Notes: a model not told the origin generated them from the sequence alone. A stretch of DNA of 63,038 nt, filler included, from Octopus bimaculoides (GCF_001194135.2; 6 parts of 5 records of this genome joined end to end with filler, not necessarily neighbours in it); one strand, 5' to 3'. Shown: positions 25,430 to 36,725, counted from the first letter of the whole stretch. Numbers and translations: made by a program.

Positions 25430-26317
25430 AGAATACTAATAATAGAATAGAAGGGAAAAGAGGAGGGAAAGGAAGAGTTATATAGCAACCGTGTCATTAT
25501 TAAAACATTGCACAAGAACAATAATGTGAAGATAATCAAGAAGTATGAATGGAAACTGTGACAAGCAGCTCAGTATTTATAGGTGTTTAGCTTTTGTATG
25601 ACTGATTGAATGAGTGAATGACAGCAACGCAAACAAGTACAGAAAGATAGTAGGAAATCAAGTGAGAAAGAAAAGAAATACGAAATGTAGAAAACAAAAT
25701 GTAAAAAATAGAAGAAGTGAAAGAACAGAATAGAAAATGGGAGAACAAATAAGAGAAAATGAATGAAATAGGAGATGAAACAAAAGGAGAAAAGAAAAGA
25801 GGAAAAGAAGGAAAACAGTAAGCAAAGAAATGCAAAAGAGTCAGAGGGTAAGAAATTAAATCAAAAGGAAGATATAGGGAATAATACAGAAAGGAAAGAA
25901 AGTGCTGAAAGAAATGAGGAAAGAACTAATAACGAAAGTAAATGATACAAAGAAAATAAAAAACAGAAAGAACTAAAGAGAAACGTAAGGATATAATGAA
26001 AAAAAGGAAGAAGGAAAAGGAAGAAGGAAAAGGAAGAAGTATAAAGAATGAAAGATCGGAAACTAGGGAAGGAAAGCAGAGAAAGCAATGAAATGATGTA
26101 TAAGAAACAAGAAGGAGAAAAAGTAATGAAAGTGAAAGAGGAAGCGGAAGTAGTATTGGCGGAAATGAAAACCTGATGCTGAAGGCAAAGGGAAATCGAA
26201 TTAAAAAAGCATGAAAGTTTCTAGAGAAAGGCAGAAAGAAAGACAACATAATTTCTTGGAATTAACATGTCAAAGTAAACGGAAGTTTACAGAAGAGAGG
26301 TTATATATAAACATAGA

Positions 26318-26363
<46 letters not shown>

Positions 26364-26761
26364 AGAGAGAGAGAAAGAGAGGAAGAGAGAGAGAACGAAG
26401 CTGGGTAAAACAGATTCTTGGAATGTGTGAAAAGCATAGATGGACAGACAGACGGTGAAAGGTGGCAAAATATAACGGTAGAGAAAAGAAAAAAAGGGAA
26501 AGATTGAGAGAGATGAAGGATAAGAAATGGAAAGAGGGAGAGAAGGAGAAAGAAACAGGAAGTGAAAGGTAGAGAAAGAAGCAGGGTATCCTGCAGTCAA
26601 AAGAGCAGGAGACAAGCAGGATGTGCGACATGCTATGAGAGGAGGAAAATCTAAAAAGTAAAAACAAAAAAAATGTAGTTACAAGTAATAAAACAGGAGT
26701 ATGTGCAGACAGATATAGATTCGGTATGCAGCACAAATTGACGGACGCTAAAATACACGAT

Positions 26762-26803
<42 letters not shown>

Positions 26804-26830
26804 CAGACAGTGATAGAGGGAGAGAAAAGG
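25430..26830 (+). repeat. Long purine-rich low-complexity block with (GA)n tracts
   Basis: About 1.4 kb strongly A/G-biased on the + strand. The ORFs here are compositional artefacts. Confidence 0.8.
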
Positions 26831-26946
26831 GGAAAAAGAGAGAGGTGCCAGTGAGGCAGTATAAATTATAGTGAAAGGCAAGCACACACACACACACACA
26901 CACATATCTTTTTATTGATACATACATACATACACAGATATATAAT

Positions 26947-27123
26947 TTTGGTTTTAAATTTTGGCACAAGGCCAGCAATTCCAGGTAGTGCTACACATTT
27001 AATCGTTCTCAGAAAGGATAAAAGGCGAAGTCGACCTCGGCGGAATTTAAACTCAGAACATAAAAACGGACTAATTGCCGCTAAGCATTTTCCCCGGCGT
27101 GCTAACGATTCTGCCATCTCGCC
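26947..27123 (-). mobile_element. SINE family A, tail type 3
   Basis: tggttttaaattttggcacaaggccagcaattcc...aagtcgacctcggcggaatttaaactcagaac...ggcgtgctaacgattctgcc. Confidence 0.85.
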
Positions 27124-27142
27124 TCGTTACACACACACGCGT

Positions 27143-27179
<37 letters not shown>

Positions 27180-27636
27180 TGATCTGGTGATCTGATGAGG
27201 TAGCTTTCTTTATCTACATCGATTTATGAATATTACATAATGCGTAGCACCCATATTTCTATATGGATGCTACTTTTCTATATCTTTAAATCAACTAAAG
27301 ATTTGTTTTCTAACATCACGCGCCTGTGCCCTTGAGAAATTTCATGTAAGCAAACGTTGTAGACAGAAAAGTTTACGACTGTTGCTACATTATATAGTCT
27401 CCGAGATAACTTCCTCCACTATCAGTTACCACCCTTTTCTCGTCTCTTCTGTAAATGGTTTCCTGTTTGATTGCTCCAATGCAAATTGTGTAAACGACGT
27501 TATCTATATTGCAGTACCTATCAACTTTCCTGTACCTCAGTGGTCGTTGTGTCACCTACTTTCTCCTGTCCCTACATTAACCGAATACTCGCTCTCACTT
27601 CCCATATACGCTCTTCTGTAAACGACGCTGACCTTC

Positions 27637-27949
27637 GTGGTCAATGTAATCGACTTACTCCTACGCAACATTGCTAACCACGTGCCAACATTAGAAACAA
27701 TTATTAACAGTCTCTTTTATTTCACACCATTAAATATCCCGAGAAGTTGCTTTCTCTTCCCCACTGTTGAATTCACTTGTATTCCTTACAAACGTTGGAG
27801 TTCTCATATGGGTGAATGTTAGAAGCTCTGAAACTTTTATGGAATAATTCCCCCATAAAAACGCAGATCTGACTGTCATGTGCTGAGAGACTCGCAGTAT
27901 CGGTTCTCACCAAGATTTCTGCTTTCAGATGTATTAAGCATTTGTGGGT
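27637..27949 (+). repeat. Left arm of long inverted duplication 2 (partner 29631-29985)
   Basis: An exact 39-nt inverted match links 27808-27846 to 29734-29772, with colinear homology over the whole arm. Confidence 0.9.
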
Positions 27950-28320
27950 TATCTTCCACCAACAAATGTCATCCATGCGGCTTACACATCAAGCCGTTCT
28001 TATATTGCACCCCCTGAATGAAATCACTGAAAACTTCCTTCAATGAAACTTCATAACCTAGTCTTCTTCTAATGCACAAGAACACAGTTACTATTCATAG
28101 CAAGGCATGGACGTCGCAACGCAACATATTTAGGTAGTGTTAGGCTTCTCAATCAATATTTTATGGCGACTACATGTCTTGCCTTGTGTTAGGTTCTGAA
28201 ATCCTGGTGGAAATACAGGAGCATTTTTAGACACGACCAAGTTTATCATTGTCCAGTTGTGACCATAACTAATTACTTCCAAAAAGTCAGAGACAAGTAA
28301 GTAGAAAGAAAGTTGGACAG

Positions 28321-28396
28321 AGAAGAAGAAGAAGAAGAAGAAGAAGAAGAAGAAGAAGAAGAAGAAGAAGAAGAAGAAGAAGAAGAAGAAGAAGAA
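28321..28396. repeat. (GAA)n trinucleotide repeat, about 25 perfect units
   Basis: Uninterrupted GAA run abutting a decayed minus-strand SINE A remnant (28397-28530). Confidence 0.95.
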
Positions 28397-28930
28397 TCGA
28401 TCCTAGTTCAGGACTAGTAATTTATAGAAGCCTGAGTTCAAATACCGACTTCAACGGTATTTGAACTCAGAGCGCCGGAACAAACACCTACATCACTATA
28501 TCCGACGCTCGAATAATTCTGATAATTCATCACCTTCAATTACATATGAAAACTGAATTTCATAACTATTCTTTCGCTTCAGGGTCAGAAAAGACTTCAG
28601 CATTTGTTAGTTGTTGATCGTGTACAAACTATCTCTACCTATTGTCAGCCATACAGCATTTGATCCATCAAATTCTGCAGGAAACATCTTACAGAATCTT
28701 GGTTTTGTTAACTGTTTTTCCGTGCACCAAATAGCCATAAAGCAGGAGAGGAGACATAAATGATTTATTATGTTTAATTAATCTGTAATGTACTGTAACA
28801 TAGAAATAATACTTCATGGCAGTATCAGCAGAGACTATAAATTCCATTCTGTCACCAACGTCATACATCACAAAAAAAAGAAGAAAAAAATCCAAATAAG
28901 CAAACAAAAATAGAAAAAGAAAAAAGTCAT

Positions 28931-29405
28931 CAGGCGCAGGCGTGGATGTGTGGTAAGAAGTTTGTTTCCCAACTACACGGTTCCGGATTAAGTCTCACTG
29001 CGTAGAATCATGAGTAAGTGTTTTCAACTACAGCTTGGGCCGACCAAATCCTTGTGAGTATTTGGTAGATGCAAACTGAAAGAAGCCCGACGTATGTGTG
29101 TGTATATATAGATGTATGCACGTATATATAAGTTTGTATGTATGCTTATATAAGTATGTATGTATGCATATATAAGTATGTATGTATATATATATGTATG
29201 TGTCTGTGTATTAGTTCCCCACCACCGACTGATAACCGGTGTTGGTGTGTTTACACCCACGTAACTTAGTAGTTCGGTAGAAGAGACCGATAGAATAAGT
29301 ACCAGGCCTTAAAAAAATAAGCACTGGGGTCAATTCATTTGATTCGAATTCTTCAACGCGGTGCTCCGGCATGGCGGCAGTCAAATGACTGAAAGAAGTA
29401 AAATA
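28931..29405 (+). mobile_element. SINE family B, complete: tRNA-like head, internal microsatellite and 3' half
   Basis: aggcgcaggcgtggatgtgtggtaagaag...gaaagaagcccgacg, [TA/TG repeat], ccccaccaccgactgataaccggtgttggtgtg...gaataagtacc...gcggtgctccggcatggcggcagtc. Confidence 0.9.
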
Positions 29406-29630
29406 TAGAGGAGGCTTTTACTAAAATGAAGGCTCAGTTATCTACAGCTCTGTGTTGTGATTTTCTTTTACCACTAGACGCCGAGAAGGCTACAGTTATA
29501 TGTGATGAAAGCAATTCTTTGGAATCGCGTCGTTCTTCTCTATTCTACTACACCATTCATAGAAGAACAGTCGTATATGTTGTTTGGGTATATGAAGCCA
29601 AACATTTTTCTCTCTACGGCTAAATATCTG

Positions 29631-29985
29631 ACCCACAGAAGCTTAATACATATGAACACAGAAACTTTGGTGTGAACCGATACTGCGTGTCTCTCGGCAT
29701 GTGACAGTCAAATTCGTGATTCAATGAAGGAACTATTCCATAAAAGTTTCAGAGCTTCTAACATTCACCCATTGAGAACTCCTACGTTTATGGAAATACA
29801 ATCGAATTTGGCATTGGGGAAGAGAACTTAATGTTTTTGTTTTCAGCAAATCTAAACAGTTTAAGCACGTACTCTGGATATTTATTTCATGGGGTGAAAT
29901 AAAAGAAACTGTTAATAAATGTTTCTAATTTTAGCACATGGTTAGCAATGTTGCGTAGAAGGAGTAAGTCGATTACATTGACCAC
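29631..29985 (-). repeat. Right arm of long inverted duplication 2
   Basis: Reverse complement of 27637-27949 with an extra segment of about 40 bp. It overlaps the 3' end of the SINE A at 29915-30112. Confidence 0.9.
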
Positions 29986-30112
29986 AAAAGAATGAAAAGC
30001 AAAGTCGATCTTGGTGGAATTTGAACCTAGAGAATAACGAATCGGAAGAATTACCGCTTGGTATTTTAACTGATGCAGACGCACTAACGATCCTGCCTGC
30101 TCGCCGCCTTCG
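29915..30112 (-). mobile_element. SINE family A, diverged
   Basis: agtcgattacattgacc...gcaaagtcgatcttggtggaatttgaacc...ctaacgatcctgcctgctcgccgcc. Confidence 0.8.
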
Positions 30113-30914
30113 AAACTTAATAATAGAAAGTGTTTGTAGAAAGTTGTTCTGCGTAACAAAAATTACATTTTCTAGGTTAATTTTGTTCGCTAGACTGTCT
30201 AGTATGACTACGAATTGAAAGGTTTTACTGCTAAAAAAATGCGTAGGACATAATTTCATATTCTGACTCTCAAATTAATGAAACTGAATGAGGTGAAAAA
30301 TAGCGATATCCCATATAGATCTTGTGCGTTTTAGAAACACCCTAAAGCCAGCATTTGTCAGCTTTTTTAGTTCATTGTTTAATTAAGTTGATTTGAAAAG
30401 AAAATAATTAAACCTAAGCTCATGACACAGACAGTCTGTCTCCAATTGGTTATATGTTCGCTTAGTCTACAAATTGACACAATTTTCAGTGTAATCATTT
30501 TACTGACTATATATCACCATTTCTTTTATTGTCAGTATTCAACAACAGTTATGGAGAAGGCGGCGCTATAGTATAATAAATACAAATAACAGAAGCCTGT
30601 TGTTATATTACACAATTGTTGAATAGAAATGCGGTGTTGTTTATCATCCATCAGCGTCTTTCAAGCTAGGTTTACAAAACAGACTTTGGCAGACAGCACT
30701 AATTTGTCTCTGGTTTCTCAATTTATTATATTCTGACATCAGCCTCTAAAGACACCTATGTCTCTCTCTTTTTTTTTAAAACTAAACCGACTCTTATTCC
30801 CCAGTTAACCATAAATTGTCCAATAAAAGTTTCAAACCTTTGATCTGACAATTTCTATATATTTTTTCATTGTCAATAGAGTACACGAGGTAATTAAGTG
30901 CAGTAATGGTGACA

Positions 30915-31015
30915 CATTTGTAGTAGTCGTAGTAGTAGTAGTAGTAGTAATGATGGTGATAGTAGTGGTAATAGTGGCAGTAACAGTAGTGAAGGCATTG
31001 TTGATAGTGGTGGTG

Positions 31016-31078
<63 letters not shown>

Positions 31079-31137
31079 ACAGTAGTAGTAGTAGTAGCAG
31101 TAGTAGTAGTAGTTGTTTTTGTTGTTGTTGTAGTTGC
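30915..31137. repeat. Compound (GTA)n/(GTG)n/(GTT)n trinucleotide repeat
   Basis: Direct reading. The poly-Y, poly-L and poly-V ORFs here are artefacts. Confidence 0.95.
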
Positions 31138-31380
31138 TCATGCAGCAGCAACCCTTGGATTCTAAAGTTATCTACAAATAGCAAAGACTATAAATATTTC
31201 CTGAAATGGCTGATAAAATATACTTCTCGTTCTCTTTCTATTCCTGGATATCCATTGGCCACCCGGGACAACCCTTCAGTTTCCTGAGTCCCCCAACCTT
31301 TACAGGGTTATACAGGAAATCTGAAAGTGCCAGCCCCATAAAAACATCGCCCAAGACGGACGGACTTATAGCTACACTAG

Positions 31381-31416
<36 letters not shown>

Positions 31417-31545
31417 CACACACATGCATATATATATATATATATATATGTATATGAGTATGTGTGTGTGCGTGTACGTACATAAATACATAATACATGC
31501 ATACATACATGTACAAGCATACTCACACACACACACACATGTATG

Positions 31546-31578
<33 letters not shown>

Positions 31579-31826
31579 TGTATGTATGTATGTATGTATG
31601 TATGTATATATGTACGTATGTATGTATCTATGTATGTATGTGTGCGTATGTATGTATGTGTGTGAGTGTGTGACAGTATATCCTCCAGTTATTTCATTAA
31701 CACTGTATTAGAAAAACAGGCAAGCAAATAGTAGCCGTATTATCGGGCATTTCGCAGTCGTTAAACTTGTTAGAAAGAGCAGTCAAATCTCTCAAATTAA
31801 TCATTAAATTAAATGTAGTCACACTA

Positions 31827-32580
31827 CGAGGATGGGCTGAAAACCTCATAGGCTGACTATGAGCGAGTGACGCTAGAGCTGTGAAATTTAGCATGCACTA
31901 AATTCAACTCTTTTTTTATTAATAGCTATTATTTTTTGCCAAGAAAACTGACATCTGGCTTTTTAAAGAACGATTCAAACGTAACAAGTAGCGACTTCTC
32001 TTGAATTTGGACAAAATTTGACATCGTGGTGCTATGAAATACCTGCAGAAAAAGTAGCTTAGCTCCCAAGGGCATTCATGATAACATGGTTGCTACATTA
32101 AGGGATGACGCTCCAGCTTTATCAACCGTTCAAAAGTGGCCAGCTGAACTTAGAAGGGCAATGAGAGTCTTGAAGATGATCCAATGTCTGGACGTCCTGC
32201 AACTGCTACCACTGAGAAAAACATTGATCGTGTTCACCACACAGTGATGGATGACAGGCGATTGCCTACACATCAAATAACCACTGCTATTAGCATATCC
32301 CGTGAGAGAGTTAAGAATAATCTGCTCAATGAACTTGATATGACGAACGATTCTGCTCGGTGGGTGTCACGTCTTCTGACACCTGATCAAAAGCATACCA
32401 GGCTGATCCCATGACAACCTGACGTTGTTTGAAACAGATGCAGCTGGTTTCCTTGAACGTTTCCTAAACAAGGATGAGTGTTGGGTTCATCATTTTGAGC
32501 CAGAGACAAAGAGACAATCTATGCTGTGGAAACACTCCTCCTCATTTGCTCCAAAGAAGGCCACGGTCCTTTCATCCGCA
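31827..32580 (+). mobile_element. Mariner transposon, 5' TIR plus N-terminal transposase, 3'-truncated, decayed
   Basis: TA precedes the TIR-like cgaggatgggctgaaaacctcataggctgac. Translation gives APALSTVQKW..., SGRPATATT, ARWVSRLLTPDQK and DECWVHHFEPETKRQSMLW. Confidence 0.92.
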
Positions 32581-32766
32581 GACAGACACACCCATACACC
32601 AACACACACAAGCGTATATATTATAATCCTCCACGACTACCGCATTCTATTGTCTGCACCAACACATCACTAGATCCAATAAAACTACTGCAATTATCAA
32701 CCCAACAGCTCGTTCGTGACCACCACCACCACCAACAACAACAACAATAGAATAAGAACTTTGGTT

Positions 32767-32854
32767 GGTTCGGTGGTACAATCGGTTAGAGCGCCATACT
32801 TATATAGACTGATGAGAAATGTGGAGGTTGTGAGTTCGAACCTCACCCGGAACA
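32767..32854 (+). tRNA. trnI-TAT: tRNA-Ile(UAU) with a 14-nt intron (32805-32818); possibly a young pseudogene
   Basis: Cloverleaf: A-box tggtacaatcggttag; anticodon stem CCATA/TGTGG; loop CT-TAT-A; intron after position 37; T-arm GTGAG-TTCGAAC-CTCAC; acceptor 3' strand CCGGAAC-A. Mismatches at G2:A71 and A12:A23. Confidence 0.75.
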
Positions 32855-33239
32855 CTGATATTANNNNNNNNNNNNNNNNNNNNNNNNNNNNNNNNNNNNN
32901 NNNNNNNNNNNNNNNNNNNNNNNNNNNNNNNNNNNNNNNNNNNNNNNNNNNNNNNNNNNNNNNNNNNNNNNNNNNNNNNNNNNNNNNNNNNNNNNNNNNN
33001 NNNNNNNNNNNNNNNNNNNNNNNNNNNNNNNNNNNNNNNNNNNNNNNNNNNNNNNNNNNNNNNNNNNNNNNNNNNNNNNNNNNNNNNNNNNNNNNNNNNN
33101 NNNNNNNNNNNNNNNNNNNNNNNNNNNNNNNNNNNNNNNNNNNNNNNNNNNNNNNNNNNNNTATATATATATATGTATGTATATGTATGTGTGTATGTAT
33201 GTATGTATGTATTATGTATGTATGTATGTATGTATGTGT

Positions 33240-33465
33240 GTGTGTGTGTGTTTGTCTTCCACCACCGCTTGACAGCCAGTATTGGGTGTGTTTATGTCCC
33301 CGTAACATACCGGTCTGCAAAAAGTGACCGATACAATAAGTGCCAAGTTTTAATAAAATAAGTACTGGGGTCGATTCATTTGACTAAAAATTTTTCCAAG
33401 GCGGTTCCCCAGTATGGCCGCAGTCTAATGACTGAAACAGTTAAAATATAAAAGATAAAATATAA
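33240..33465 (+). mobile_element. SINE family B 3' half
   Basis: Follows a TATG microsatellite: cttccaccaccgcttgacagcc...aagtactggggtcgattcatttgac...ggcggttccccagtatggccgcagtc. Confidence 0.85.
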
Positions 33466-33541
33466 ATGACATAGTCTAAAATAAAAGCAATCCCATGTGA
33501 TGATATGGTAATCTAGTGTATTTAGAGTGTCAGATAAAGTG

Positions 33542-33695
33542 CAGGATCGGCTCAAGGTACCGGCAACTTGTGCAGTCACCCGGGGCTCCATGCGCTAGGA
33601 GGGCGTGGCAAAGACAAGGAAATTTTCACGACCGTTAGCTTGTACAGCCGAAGTTCAGCTTGCCCGAGGTTCCAACAACCCTAGGGCCCGCCCTG
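33542..33695. mobile_element. 154-bp hAT-type MITE (CAGGGCCGG-type ends)
   Basis: The ends caggatcggctcaagg and ccctagggcccgccctg are inverted homologues. The 8-bp TSD copies are ataaagtg (33534-33541) and ataaaatg (33696-33703), 7/8 identical. Confidence 0.8.
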
Positions 33696-34273
33696 ATAAA
33701 ATGTCAAGTGAACTTAAAGGTTGTAGCATGTAAAGGAACCGCCAATGAATTAAAGTGGATATTAATGTTGATGCTTTGAAAGGGTTTGAGGCGGTAGAAA
33801 AACATCAGCCATATTGCCCAAACTATAACGCTTACAAATAGAAAGAAGGTTAGATCAAGAGCTCAAGAAGTTACTCCATTAACTGCTTGAACCTTATTTT
33901 GTCGTAGATCGAATGTCACGTGATCTTTAAAATGTGACAGCACTTGGGGATATGGATCTAGGAACAGACTCGACGCATTGATCTGATAAGCATGACAGTA
34001 ATTAAAATATAAACCAAGTTTCTATGATGAATTGCCGACAAAAAAGAAGGTAAAATTTCTAATGAAGACATTTTGTAGTTAGTGAAGGTAGGAATGAAAG
34101 GCTTAAGAACCTAAATTTGCACAACATAAAAATAAGTTGTGAAGCTACCAGTGCTGATAGAAAGTGCTACTATTAATCAAACCTCTAGATACGTATGTAT
34201 GTATGTATGTATGTATGTATGTATGTATGTATGTATGTATACACTCACATATATACATATGTTTATGTATGTA

Positions 34274-35520
34274 TTAGGCTGTCAAGAAAGTTTTTGCAGA
34301 ATTTTTAATTTTGGTTTCAAATGATGTATTTTCAAATTAATTTTCGTTAAATTACATTGACTTTATATATCATTTTAAAGCCCGTTTTCTCCTCTATCTA
34401 ATCGTGTTACTCTTTTTCTTTTTGAATAATTAGACCATTTTTTCCGGAATGTTGAATACAACATGGACAAAAAGCAAATTCCCACAATCCTCTTACTCCA
34501 TCTCAAGCTAGGCCGAAAAGCTGCTGAAACAGCTCGCGATATCAATGATGTGTTTGGCCTAGGAACCACTAATGGACTTACAGCACAATGGTTGTTCAAG
34601 AAATTTCATAGCGATGACGAGAGTCTTGAAGATGATAAGCGTAGTGGTCGGCTATCGGATGTTGACAACGATCAACTAAGAGCCTTAGTCGAAGCCAATC
34701 CACACACAACTGTTCGAGAGCTTTCATTCGGAATTAGACGTAACGTATATGACAATTTCCAGCCACCTGAAAGAGATTGGAAAAACAAAAATAACTAAGA
34801 AATGGGTGCCGCACGAATTGAACGACAAAAAAATTAAAAACAAAAAAGACAAAACAAAAAAACGCCGTTTTGAAGTTTCGTCTTCCCTTCTTTTACGCAA
34901 CAAGTACGATCCGTTTCTCGGCCAGATTGTGACATGCGATGAAAAGTGGATTCTTTACGACAACCGGCGATGCTCAGCTCAGTGGTTGGACGTCGACGAA
35001 GCTCCACGGCACTTCCCGAAGTCACAGCCTTTTGGACCCAGGCGAAACCATTACGGCGGAGAAGTACTGTTAGCAAATAGATGAAATGCATAAGAAACTC
35101 CGGCAACAACAGCCAGCATTGGTCAATAGAAAAGGACCAATTCTTCCCCACGACAACGCTCGGCTGCACGTCACACAACTGATCTGCAGAAGTTGAACGA
35201 ATTGGCTTACGATACCCTGCCTCATCCGCCATACTCACCAGACCTCTCGCCTACCGACTATCCCTTTCTCAAGCATCTCGACAACTTCCTGTGTAAGAAA
35301 TGCTTCAAAAACCAAGATGATGACAAACACGCCTTCAAAGACTTCATCGCCACCAGAACGTAGGATTTTTATGCTACTGGCATAAATAAACTTGTTTCAC
35401 GTTGGCAAAGTGTGTTGATACTAATGGTGTTTATTTCAATTAATAAAGTTTCGTTTGAGCTGAGATATGTGCATCTGAATTTAAAGGTTAAAATCCGCAA
35501 GAACCTTCTTGACGACCTAA
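34274..35520 (+). mobile_element. Mariner transposon with both TIRs (1247 bp), Hsmar1/SETMAR-like transposase, decayed
   Basis: TA-flanked TIRs of about 30 bp (ttaggctgtcaagaaagtttttgc / gcaagaaccttcttgacgacctaa). Translation gives MDKKQI..., WVPHEL, IVTCDEKWILYDN, HDNAR, HPPYSPDLSPTDY and RWQKCV. Frameshifts and an internal deletion. Confidence 0.95.
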
Positions 35521-35647
35521 TACAAATTCCATCTACAAAATTCCAAACAATTGATCAGCCGGTACTTATAGCAGAAACTTGGCCAATGTATTGCACAATG
35601 AATATTTATCTATTAACTTTAATTTACCTTGATCTAATAAACGTACA

Positions 35648-36203
35648 TAGGCACAGGCATGGCTGCGTGATAAGAAGCCTGTTTCCCAACCACAAGGTTC
35701 CAGGTTCAGTCCCGCTGCGTAGTACCTTGGGTAAGTATCTTCTACTATAGCCGACCAAAGCTTTGTGAATGCATTTTCTGGGCGGAAACTGAAAGAAGCC
35801 TCTCGTATATATATATATATATATNNNNNNNNNNNNNNNNNNNNNNNNNNNNNNNNNNNNNNNNNNNNNNNNNNNNNNNNNNNNNNNNNNNNNNNNNNNN
35901 NNNNNNNNNNNNNNNNNNNNNNNNNNNNNNNNNNNNNNNNNNNNNNNNNNNNNNNNNNNNNNNNNNNNNNNNNNNNNNNNNNNNNNNNNNNNNNNNNNNN
36001 NNNNNNNNNNNNNNNNNNNNNNNNNNNNNNNNNNNNNNNNNNNNNNNNNNNNNNNNNNNNNNNNNNNNNNNNNNNNNNNNNNNNNNNNNNNNNNNNNNNN
36101 NNNNNNNNNNGCGCTAATAGATAATTTATAAAAACATGTGACATATTAATAAAAATCTGTAACTGTACAACTACCCAGATCTCTGAGTACCTTATTTTTT
36201 CTA

Positions 36204-36237
<34 letters not shown>

Positions 36238-36375
36238 CATTGCGTCTGTCTTTATCCACCATCACTGCTTGACAACCGGTACTGGTGTGTTTACGTCCCT
36301 GTAACCTAGCGGTTCGGCAAAAGAGACCGATAGAATAAGTACTAGTCTTCAGAAATAAGTCCTGAGTTCGATATT
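35648..36375 (+). mobile_element. SINE family B spanning an assembly gap inside its internal (TA)n
   Basis: Head at 35648-35806, then (TA)n and an N gap, then the 3' half at 36235-36375. Confidence 0.8.
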
Positions 36376-36698
36376 GTAGCACATTCAATAACTGCACTTT
36401 TGAGTGCGTTCCTTGTTTTTGGAAACAGTCCTATATACTGAAAGAATTTGTATCCTATTTCTATCCTGTCCTGTGAAACACTTTTAGCATCTTTCTTTAG
36501 TTTGTATTTGTAAACACATACACGAACATATATACATATACAAAACCAAGGAAACATAAAGAATGAAAAAAGAATCCTTCTGCGATATGAAACACAGAAA
36601 CATGGGGTCACTTATATCGTTATAAAGCATATATACTGCTTCATATAGATACTGGCATATAGGTATATGAATATATGAATACAAAATTGGGGAGCTGA

Positions 36699-36725
36699 CA
36701 CGTGAGGCGCTTAAAGCTATAAAAG
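36699..36725 (+). promoter_or_regulatory. Candidate core promoter: E-box CACGTG plus TATAAAAG
   Basis: CACGTG at 36699-36704 and TATAAAAG at 36718-36725 in unique sequence. Motif presence only. Confidence 0.3.
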
